From the NCBI GenBank assembly GCA_049513025.1, contig JBEKWM010000002.1, positions 123,280 to 187,279 of the forward strand: 64,000 nt of DNA, given 5' to 3'. A program made the translations under genes and the position numbers. The DNA comes from Sedimentisphaerales bacterium (GTDB lineage Bacteria > Planctomycetota > Phycisphaerae > Sedimentisphaerales > Anaerobacaceae). A model generated the notes under the pieces. It had not been told where the DNA came from. It did not search any database and was given only the letters and a program-made list of their open reading frames with translations. This document shows positions 56,642 to 64,000 of the stretch, in pieces; position 1 is the first letter of the stretch, and each line of letters starts with the position of its first letter.

Positions 56642-58066
56642 TCACAAAAGCGTTTTTTGCCTGTCCAGCCGCATCTCGGCGATAAACCAGCATATCGCAC
56701 CAACCCACACCACGTTCCAATGGAACAGACGAAAACCAGGTACAAAAACATTGTTATCGTTTCCGAGAATAAAAAAAGAGGCAAGAAGAGTATAAAGCAG
56801 AAACGATTTCGACGGCCGAAGTGCCCCAAACGCCACGGGCAACACGAAATACTGAACCGCGATACCCGTTGTGAAAGTCAAAAAGAAAAGCGTGCCCAGC
56901 AGGCACTTCGCGATTATGTCTTTGCTCTTCAGAAACAGCGGAAAAATGCACATACCCAGTATGAACAGATACTTCAGATTAGGCAACATAAACAGCGAAG
57001 TAATACCGTAAACCCCAACGTCGGAGCTGTACTTGAATACATTGTTAATTATCCCTTTTCCGCCCTCCTCCCAGTACGGGATAAACATCGAAAGAAAAAT
57101 AATGACTGAAATCACAAATAGCGGCACTTTTATCCAGTATCGCTTTATGGAGGAATGCAGACATATAATAAGCTCGTAAAAAACGTTGTGTTTGGCAATC
57201 ATCCCCGCCGTGGCAAAGAGCCACAGCAACGCTATCCTCAATATGGGTTTGGTCGCAAACCGGAGATACATATAAATCCCGGTCAGCACCATCAGTATTG
57301 CAAGATTTTCCCACTGCCCGTGATAGCCGGTGATAAGAAACGTAATGGGGCACAGGTAGAAAAATATCGCTGTCCTCGCCGCAGACAGTTTGCGAACACC
57401 GGCAATGAGAAGCAGAACCCCCAGCGTCAGTAAATCAACGCCGGAAAGAAACGACCTGACCACAAAGTGGAATGGCACGCCCGGCAGTGCGAGCTGTATC
57501 TGCTTCAAAGCGTAAAGTACCCAAAATTTCACGGGCGTCAAATTGTAGTTGCCGTCCTCCGTATAAACGTTACCGCCTTTAATGGCTATGTTTGTGTAAG
57601 TCTCGTACATCTGCGTATCGATGTTGCCGTAAATCGCCGCCGCCAGAATCAGCCGGATTGCCGTGCCGGCCAGAATTACCATCGCCACTATCACAACAAC
57701 TTTGGATTTCGAGACGGCCGGCTGTTCACCGCTGTTTATGACAAATAACGCCACACTGGCAAAAAAACCCGCAAGGGCAACCAAACCGGTAAATAAACTC
57801 TCCAGCAGATATGTGTCTACCTTTTCTTTGTCCTGCGCTGTAATCACTTTAGAGGGCACTACGCCGTATTTAACAAAGTTATCCTGCCGCTTGGAGTAGT
57901 GTTTGAAAATCTTATGCCCCGTGTGGGTCTGCTCGATGTTTTTGGCGAGCGTTCCCATCGCGGGTACATATCGGTCCGTAATAATGGGCTTGCCGACGTA
58001 ACAAAGTCCGCACAAAACCACTATAAGAATAGCGAGTATCGCAATAGTTATGTTTGCCTTTGTCAT
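56642..58066 (-). CDS. polytopic membrane protein, possible GT-C-type glycosyltransferase/polymerase
   Basis: 474 aa. About 12 TM helices. Same caveat as the previous gene. Confidence 0.6.
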   Translation of the reverse strand: MTKANITIAILAILIVVLCGLCYVGKPIITDRYVPAMGTLAKNIEQTHTGHKIFKHYSKRQDNFVKYGVVPSKVITAQDKEKVDTYLLESLFTGLVALAGFFASVALFVINSGEQPAVSKSKVVVIVAMVILAGTAIRLILAAAIYGNIDTQMYETYTNIAIKGGNVYTEDGNYNLTPVKFWVLYALKQIQLALPGVPFHFVVRSFLSGVDLLTLGVLLLIAGVRKLSAARTAIFFYLCPITFLITGYHGQWENLAILMVLTGIYMYLRFATKPILRIALLWLFATAGMIAKHNVFYELIICLHSSIKRYWIKVPLFVISVIIFLSMFIPYWEEGGKGIINNVFKYSSDVGVYGITSLFMLPNLKYLFILGMCIFPLFLKSKDIIAKCLLGTLFFLTFTTGIAVQYFVLPVAFGALRPSKSFLLYTLLASFFILGNDNNVFVPGFRLFHWNVVWVGAICWFIAEMRLDRQKTLL

Positions 58067-58140
58067 TTCTCCACATCCGTTTCAGAATAACCAAGATATC
58101 CTGCGGCCATTTTGGCCACCTGCCACCTCTGCCCCGCCGA

Positions 58141-58977
58141 TTATTTGCCGATAATACATATTCCCATCTCGTTTGCCAGGGCAAGCGTCTGGGGTTTGTC
58201 GATAATTATCGTCTTGCCAGCTTCAACCACAAGGCACTTTGCGCCGTTGGCGGCCAGCGCTCTTATCGTATCGGTCCCCACGCAGGGGACATCGAATCGC
58301 ATATCCTTTTTTGCTTTGGCTGCCTTGAGAAGAGTCCAGCCGCCCGCTCTGCACAGACGACCCGCACGTTCAATCATATCCGCAGTGCCTTCGATTCCCT
58401 CAACCGCTATTACTTCCCGTTCCTTGACGGCAATTGCCTGGCCTATGTCCATCTCCGCTATTTTTTTTACGATGGGCCATCCAAATTCAATGTCGCCCAA
58501 AAGCGGTGCGCCGGGACCTCCTCCCGTCATAGGGCCATTTGTCGCCAGATGTTCTTTGCAGTATTTTGTCGAATCTTCCAGGATTATTCCTCCGCTTGCC
58601 AGCTCGTCCGCCAAGGCCGACAGCAGTGTTTCATTTTGTTTGTTTTTTTTGCGAAGCCGCCAGTACCAGATTCTCACCGCCCGCCAGTCGGGCAGATACT
58701 TCAGTATTCGCCACGGCGTAAAAATTCGCCCCTTCGCAACCCGCCCTGCCATTACAGCGCTTGTTACGTTGTGTTTTTTTAATTTGCGAATCCAGTTGCC
58801 GGGTCGTGCCAGCGGCACCGTATAAAAAACATCAACTTCATCCGCCAGCGCCTGTCCCGTGCTTCCTTCAAGGCCAACACAAATAACTTTAGCGCCCGCC
58901 CGCTTCGCGCCGGCCGCTATCATAAAGGGAAGCCGGCCTTCACCCGCAATCAGCCCGACTACATTGGCGCTATCCAT
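58141..58977 (-). CDS. lpxI: UDP-2,3-diacylglucosamine diphosphatase LpxI
   Basis: LIAGEGRLP N-terminus, DIGQAIAV..VIAVEGIEGTADMIERAG and DMRFDVPCVGTDTI match LpxI (DUF1009) blocks. Confidence 0.8.
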   Translation of the reverse strand: MDSANVVGLIAGEGRLPFMIAAGAKRAGAKVICVGLEGSTGQALADEVDVFYTVPLARPGNWIRKLKKHNVTSAVMAGRVAKGRIFTPWRILKYLPDWRAVRIWYWRLRKKNKQNETLLSALADELASGGIILEDSTKYCKEHLATNGPMTGGGPGAPLLGDIEFGWPIVKKIAEMDIGQAIAVKEREVIAVEGIEGTADMIERAGRLCRAGGWTLLKAAKAKKDMRFDVPCVGTDTIRALAANGAKCLVVEAGKTIIIDKPQTLALANEMGICIIGK

Positions 58978-59002
58978 ATCACTCTCGGACCGCGAAAAAA
59001 TC

Positions 59003-60082
59003 CTACAACTCCTCAGAATGCTGCGAATCTTCCGGGCGAGACGGCTTATTTTCTCCGCTGGATAAAAGCTGCTTCATCTGCGCCTGAAGTTCGCGGATGC
59101 TTTGTTTAATCTCGGGCAGATACTGAATCATACCGTAAGCACGTTTGCCCTGTCCGGCGTCTATCGCTGGGGCTCCCAATATCACTTTGCCGTCAGAGAC
59201 GTTGTTGATTACGCCCGCCTGTGCCCCGATTGCGACCTGGTTTCCTATGGCGATGTGCCCGACGATACCCGCCTGGCCCCCGACAATGCAGTGATGCCCC
59301 AGCGTCGTCGAGCCGGCGATACCCACCTGCGCTACCAGCAGACAGTGCGGCCCGACCCTCGTCCCGTGCCCAATCGCAATCAAATCGCCAAGTTTGCTGC
59401 CCTGTCCAATGATGGTGTCGTTCAGCGTTCCCCGCTCAATCCCGCAGCAGGCGCCTATTTCAACGTCATCTTCTATTATAACGCTGCCGATTTGCGGTAT
59501 CTTGTGGTGAACGCCGTTATGCGTGGCGAAACCGAAACCGTCTTCGCCGATTGTGGCATTGGAGTTGATAATCACGCGGTTGCCTATTTTGCAGCCCTCG
59601 TAAATCACCACATTAGGGTACAAGAGGCAGTCATTGCCTATCTGAACGTTTTCCCCTATGAACGTGCAAGGATAGATTACGCATCCGTCGCCGATTTTTG
59701 CGCCGTCAGAGATTGTAACGAAATCGTGGATATTGCATCCGGCGCCTATTTTGGCGCTGTCGGAAATAATAGCGCGAGGACTGATGCCGACTTTCTTGTG
59801 CTTGCGGTGCCCGTGCAGCAGCACCATTATCTGCATAAATGCATAATACGGGTCATCCGCAACCAGCAGAGGAGCTGAGGCCGCAATAGTATCCTTGCCC
59901 ACAATCACCGCGCTGGCCTTGGTCGTCAGCAACTGCTTTTCGTATTTATCGTTGCTCAGAAAACTAATGTCGCCGTCGCCGGCCCTGCCCAGCGTTGCCG
60001 CGGCGGAAATCTTGACGTTTGCGTCGCCGAGGACCCGCCCGCCAACGTACCGAGCCAATTCGCCTAAGGTCTTGGTTACCAT
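59003..60082 (-). CDS. lpxD: UDP-3-O-acylglucosamine N-acyltransferase
   Basis: ATG 60082 is preferred (AAGGTGG upstream). LpxD N-domain plus a long hexapeptide-repeat left-handed beta-helix. Confidence 0.93.
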   Translation of the reverse strand: MVTKTLGELARYVGGRVLGDANVKISAAATLGRAGDGDISFLSNDKYEKQLLTTKASAVIVGKDTIAASAPLLVADDPYYAFMQIMVLLHGHRKHKKVGISPRAIISDSAKIGAGCNIHDFVTISDGAKIGDGCVIYPCTFIGENVQIGNDCLLYPNVVIYEGCKIGNRVIINSNATIGEDGFGFATHNGVHHKIPQIGSVIIEDDVEIGACCGIERGTLNDTIIGQGSKLGDLIAIGHGTRVGPHCLLVAQVGIAGSTTLGHHCIVGGQAGIVGHIAIGNQVAIGAQAGVINNVSDGKVILGAPAIDAGQGKRAYGMIQYLPEIKQSIRELQAQMKQLLSSGENKPSRPEDSQHSEEL

Positions 60083-60200
60083 AAAACCACCTTTTCGGAA
60101 AGTCATTGCTTGTTTGCGGCCCGTTCTGCCTCAGGCCGGAAGTATTATAGCAGATACATCACAGCGGTCAACATTCACTGCCAATCCGTGAAGTGACCGA

Positions 60201-61253
60201 TTATGCCAGCAACGCCGCTACCGCCTGTTGTTGCAATTCCTCTGAGATTACCCCGGCAAAATCTGTCTCGTCGCTCCGCAGAATTGTTACGGCAGGCCCA
60301 AGAGGACCGTAAATGGCTGGCTCCGTGGGACCGAATACCACAACCGTGCGGATGCCCAATGCCGCGGCCAGATGCGTTATTCCGCTGTCGTTGCCGATAT
60401 AACCCCGCGAGCAACCAAGAACACCGAGCACATCAGCCAAAGACAGGTTTGTCAGCAGTTTTCCGGCAGTCCTGATTCCGGCGATAGCCGGTTCGCTGAA
60501 CCTTTCCGCCTCGGCAGGCCCAAACAGAAATACTACTTCTACCCCCTCTTTTGCGAGGATTCGCGCGACCGACAGAAAATTATCCAGCCGCCAGCATTTA
60601 TGCGCTCCGCCGCTGCCGGGATGTATAACCACGGGTTTCGTCGTTGGCATAATACCGTTCTCGGCCAATATCTCTTTGCCCCTGTATATATCCGCCTGCG
60701 TAGGCCTTATCAGTGGCATACCGACCGCGGATTCATTCCCATCAAATGACAATCCGCTTTGCTCAAAGAACTGTTTCCTGTAAAAATCGCTTACGTGGAT
60801 ATTGTGTTCCGCCGCCGGTTTCATTGCCAGCGTCATAACCTCCGCGCTGTGGCTGCAATTGACCGTGAAAATAAGGTTCTTCTCGAAATGGCTGTCCGGC
60901 TCGCCTAAAAAGCTGGCAATCCAGGAATAACCAGCAAACGCCATAATCAATGGGTCGCCATCGGCAAGCTCAAAATCTCCCTCGCCCGCGAACAGCCGAT
61001 GCAAACTCATCGAATCCAGCGACTTAACCGCATCGACACAGCTTCTGCCCGGCAGCATCCCCAGGTATTCGGTATGGCCTATGATATCGACCCCGCCGGG
61101 GCAGACCGTCTCTTTCATTAGCTCTGCCAAGGGCAGCGTCAAAATGCAATCGCCTATTGCCCCCGGCTGCAAAATCACCCCTCGCCGACCCTGCTGTGCC
61201 GCAATCGCGAGCTTTTCCAGCAGCTTGTCTATTATGTTATTTCTTGCGCACAT
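60201..61253 (-). CDS. glycosyltransferase family 9 (heptosyltransferase-like)
   Basis: GAIGDCILTLP, IHPGSGGAHKCW and GNDSGITHLAAALG. Confidence 0.85.
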   Translation of the reverse strand: MCARNNIIDKLLEKLAIAAQQGRRGVILQPGAIGDCILTLPLAELMKETVCPGGVDIIGHTEYLGMLPGRSCVDAVKSLDSMSLHRLFAGEGDFELADGDPLIMAFAGYSWIASFLGEPDSHFEKNLIFTVNCSHSAEVMTLAMKPAAEHNIHVSDFYRKQFFEQSGLSFDGNESAVGMPLIRPTQADIYRGKEILAENGIMPTTKPVVIHPGSGGAHKCWRLDNFLSVARILAKEGVEVVFLFGPAEAERFSEPAIAGIRTAGKLLTNLSLADVLGVLGCSRGYIGNDSGITHLAAALGIRTVVVFGPTEPAIYGPLGPAVTILRSDETDFAGVISEELQQQAVAALLA

Positions 61254-61421
61254 ATTCTGAAAGCGTACTATATCTTATCGAGGGGCTTGGCAACAAGAAC
61301 GCAGGGGCTTTTATTGAGTAAGACAAGAAATACTAATACTATTATAAGAAAGTTTTTAGTTGACCCTACTTGACCCTCGTTTTTGTGTGTAGGGGGTGGA
61401 GGGCAAGTTGCCTATATTAAC

Positions 61422-61510
61422 TTTTGCCACAGAGTTTTTTAGGTGATGATTGCGCGGAGTGATGCTGTTTTTTTGTTTAGCCACTGATTACACTGATGGA
61501 CACAGATTTC
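61422..61510 (+). repeat. two repeat arms (TTTTGCCACAGAGTTTTTTAGG; GTTTAGCCACTGATTACACTGATGGACACAGATTTC)
   Basis: Same TTTAGCCAC(A/T)GA head as the other loci. Sits at the boundary of AT-rich block III. Confidence 0.75.
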
Positions 61511-61524
61511 CCATTTTCCGATCA

Positions 61525-62040
61525 CTAAGCGCTGATCTTGTAACCAACTTTCATGGCGTTTATTACTATTTGAGCACAGGCCAACGCATCCGATAAGGCC
61601 TCATGATGGTTTAGCTCAATTCCCAGATGGTCGCACACATTATTGAGCTTGGCTGGATCCAATTTCCAGCAAGATCTGGCGATATTAACCGTACATACAA
61701 ATTTCTGCGCCGGAGGTTTAATCTTATATTTTTCACAGCACTCATATAAAACAGACCTGTCAAACGGGGCGTTATGTGCCGCGATAAAATCCGCACCATC
61801 CAGCAACGGGCTTAATTCTTCCCATACCTCATCAAACAGAGGAGCATCTTTGACATCTTCTGCCGTAATGTGATGTACGTTCTCTGTGAAATCGTCTAAG
61901 AAATAGGTTTGAGGATTGATGAGGCTGTATTCCTTGGCAACAATTTCATTATTGACAACCTTAACTAATCCTATCGCACAGGCCGAATCTCTGTCATTAT
62001 TAGCCGTCTCAAAATCTATCGCTACAAAATTACATCCCAT
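61525..62040 (-). CDS. DEDDh 3'-5' exonuclease (DnaQ/epsilon-like)
   Basis: AIDFETAN (Exo I), AHNAPFDRSVL (Exo II) and HHEALSDALACA (Exo III, H-type). Confidence 0.85.
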   Translation of the reverse strand: MGCNFVAIDFETANNDRDSACAIGLVKVVNNEIVAKEYSLINPQTYFLDDFTENVHHITAEDVKDAPLFDEVWEELSPLLDGADFIAAHNAPFDRSVLYECCEKYKIKPPAQKFVCTVNIARSCWKLDPAKLNNVCDHLGIELNHHEALSDALACAQIVINAMKVGYKISA

Positions 62041-62055
62041 AGAAATTCCTGAATT

Positions 62056-63354
62056 TTACGATGCTTCATTAGAATTGCTTTTGACAGCCTTATTCCATTC
62101 TGCCGTGACGAATTTAATATATCCGAGTAAACCGTCTGCCGCTTTATTGACTTCCAAGTCTATTTGCGACTTGTCAGTAATTACTTTTTCAAACCACTCA
62201 TTGCCAGGGGAAAACATGATTGTCCTTCCAATTGGCCACCAAGGATTATTTGGTGTATCAATCACATCAAACGTAGAGTCTTTATCTAATGCATTACGAA
62301 CACGATCAAACTCACTATTGTACTGTTTAAAGTAATCATCTTTTCTTGAATTATCATACTTAATTAATGAAATACCATACCAACACCTCTGGTCTTGATC
62401 CTTTTGTACAAAGAAATTAAATATCTTGTCCAAATCGAGCGAAGAAGTTAAGAAAAACCCTACATATGTTTTCTCATTTATTTCTTTGCTATCGATATCA
62501 ATACCTCTATTTTTGAGTTTCAGTTTTAGAGAAATCCAGAACGAATCCAAAAAGTATTTTTTGAGATTTTCAACACTTTGGTTGATCTCACTCGCATATT
62601 CAAACAGCTCAGGATATTTCTTTATAAGATCTTCCATTTCCTTCATATTTGTCTCCGCCAAAGTATTCTTACCTACCAGTTCAGCAACAACATCTTTGTA
62701 TTGCTGTATCGCAGTGTTAATATTGGGATATTTATAGGTTTTTTCTAAACAGCGATCCAGCCATCTTAAAATATGCTCTGAATATGATATGCAGTAATAT
62801 TCACCCTTGTATTCGCCTGCGGTCTCGGGTTCCTTACCATCAAGCGTAAGGTATATTAAGGCCTTATTATGCTTCCCACAGTCGTTGAGATATTCAACAT
62901 ATCTGGAAATTTGATCGCTTTGTTCACCAGCGTATATTTTGTTTTCAATAATTAATATTGAGTCTTGGAAAACCACGCCAATGTCAATACGGCCATAATC
63001 TTTTCCAAGTGGTGTCTCCCGCAAAATATTCTTAAATGTATCGCCGAGGCACTTGTCAAGAAAGTTGCTGCCATCCGGTTCGCCGAGGTTTTTATCAATG
63101 CCCTGTTCTTTAAGTACTTCAAGAAACAGGTTAAGGAAAAGGTTGCCGCAATCATGCGAACCTTTAGCATTTAACAACAATGCAAGAAATCTTGAATGGA
63201 GTCCGACTTCTTCATGCGCTTTGCGCAAAGTAGTAAAGACATTAAATCTTGCCTTGGTAGCCCTGATGAAAGTATCTCGGCGAACTTTTATCTCGCCCAA
63301 TTCCCGTATTAACTTAGGAATAGCTTTTGAAAGTATCTCAAATTCAGTAACCAT
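62056..63354 (-). CDS. PD-(D/E)xK nuclease family protein (PDDEXK_4-like)
   Basis: N-terminus FNVFTTLRKAHEEVGLHSRFLALLLNAKGSH. Core GRIDIGVVF...ILIIENKIYAGEQSDQISRY (D...E-x-K). Long helical C-terminal half. Confidence 0.7.
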   Translation of the reverse strand: MVTEFEILSKAIPKLIRELGEIKVRRDTFIRATKARFNVFTTLRKAHEEVGLHSRFLALLLNAKGSHDCGNLFLNLFLEVLKEQGIDKNLGEPDGSNFLDKCLGDTFKNILRETPLGKDYGRIDIGVVFQDSILIIENKIYAGEQSDQISRYVEYLNDCGKHNKALIYLTLDGKEPETAGEYKGEYYCISYSEHILRWLDRCLEKTYKYPNINTAIQQYKDVVAELVGKNTLAETNMKEMEDLIKKYPELFEYASEINQSVENLKKYFLDSFWISLKLKLKNRGIDIDSKEINEKTYVGFFLTSSLDLDKIFNFFVQKDQDQRCWYGISLIKYDNSRKDDYFKQYNSEFDRVRNALDKDSTFDVIDTPNNPWWPIGRTIMFSPGNEWFEKVITDKSQIDLEVNKAADGLLGYIKFVTAEWNKAVKSNSNEAS

Positions 63355-63386
63355 ACTTTCCTTGTAATTTATTTACATTATTGCAG

Positions 63387-64000
63387 TTAGGATATACCAT
63401 CACTCATATTTTGTAAATCAATGTTCTCCATCGCAACCTTTGGCGGTTTGGGAGAAAATTTTGCCCCATAATTAGAGAGAATGATTTTACAAACAATCAA
63501 TCCTATTATTGCTCCCCCGAAGGAATAACCAATCACTTGAAAACTTCCTATTGGACAAACGATATCTCCTGACCCCATAGTTATTACCTTCAAGAATACA
63601 GATATAAATGCCTTTCCAAAATACATAAAAACTGCTTTAGGCTGAAGTTCAAAAGCACCTAACTCATAAGCTGAAGTCATGTAGTACAAAACAATTCCTA
63701 ACCAAATCGATAGTGCTATGGGGAACGCTTTTGAATTAGATGCGGCAGAATTGAATTCTTGCCATTTTTCCAAGGGTTGCTCCCGCAATTCGTTTAAGCG
63801 TTCGTCAATTTCTTCTATGAGTGGTTTATATGAACCATAAGTTTCTCTGATCTCTTTGCCAAGGTTACTTCTAGTTGAATATTGACCATCTTTATTTCTG
63901 TGTATTCCGATTTCTTGTGCTTTTCGTTCTTTAACAGCTATTATTTCAGCATACTCCTTGCGTCTAACAAACAAAGTCTTGAACTCATTTTTCTCTTCTT
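63387..64000 (-). CDS. hypothetical membrane protein, 5' end probably beyond the window
   Basis: The frame is still open at nt 64000; the TTG at 63974 is the only in-window start. Charged coiled N-part, then 3 TM helices. Confidence 0.55.
   Translation of the reverse strand, partial: EEKNEFKTLFVRRKEYAEIIAVKERKAQEIGIHRNKDGQYSTRSNLGKEIRETYGSYKPLIEEIDERLNELREQPLEKWQEFNSAASNSKAFPIALSIWLGIVLYYMTSAYELGAFELQPKAVFMYFGKAFISVFLKVITMGSGDIVCPIGSFQVIGYSFGGAIIGLIVCKIILSNYGAKFSPKPPKVAMENIDLQNMSDGIS

Noticed and set aside
59102-59878. 258-aa + strand ORF inside lpxD. The same pattern occurs at 36868-37632, 43450-44268, 47820-48356, 52287-53045 and 58054-58825.
   Set aside because: These are shadow ORFs opposite strongly supported genes (lpxD hexapeptide repeats, alaS, thrS, rfbA, GT4, lpxI). 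Long antisense frames are expected in such DNA.
61360-61410. TTGACCCTAC TTGACCCTCG direct repeat facing AGGGGGTGGAGGGCAAG (possible operator or hairpin)
   Set aside because: The pairing is imperfect (bulges and mismatches). It is a single locus between the block III operon end and the GT9 promoter region, so the evidence is insufficient to call a regulatory site.

Overview
64-kb chromosomal window, probably from a Planctomycetota (Phycisphaerae-like) bacterium. The taxon call is inference only, based on a DUF1559/H-X9-DG pseudopilin, a giant LamG/dockerin-like secreted protein and lipoprotein-type glycoside hydrolases. I support about 57 protein-coding genes and one tRNA-Leu(CAG). The backbone is ordinary: an ABC/MacB-type efflux pump with TolC, queA, galM, GH28 and GH2 hydrolases, a UDP-sugar pyrophosphorylase, aconitase, hisD, alaS, thpR-recA, gltX, thrS-infC-rpmI-rplT-pheS, rfbACDB plus a glycosyltransferase/methyltransferase/polytopic-membrane glycan cluster, and lpxI-lpxD-GT9. 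Three blocks are AT-rich by eye (not computed) and carry the unusual content. (I) 14.2-18.9 kb holds one gene of about 1,400 aa: an N-terminal NACHT-type P-loop NTPase, a long helical region and a C-terminal PD-(D/E)xK nuclease-like module. It has its own near-consensus promoter and abuts the tRNA-Leu promoter. (II) 22.1-25.9 kb holds six co-directional genes centred on a PUA/EVE-like + PD-(D/E)xK fusion that is translationally coupled to an unannotated acidic 59-aa ORF. This is followed by a BRO-N/DinD-like gene, an apparently truncated HNH-like gene and an HNH-AP2 endonuclease. (III) 61.5 kb to the window edge holds a membrane protein, a PDDEXK_4-like nuclease and a DEDDh exonuclease as an apparent operon. 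The window also contains a family of short intergenic repeats with about 10-nt periodicity (TTTAGCCACAGA / CACGGATT / CGCAGAG units). Two copies form hairpins that close with G-U wobbles only on the sense transcript of the upstream gene. A related 31-nt palindromic element appears to be inserted in frame inside rfbD. All domain calls come from motif recognition by eye; no HMM or database search was possible.
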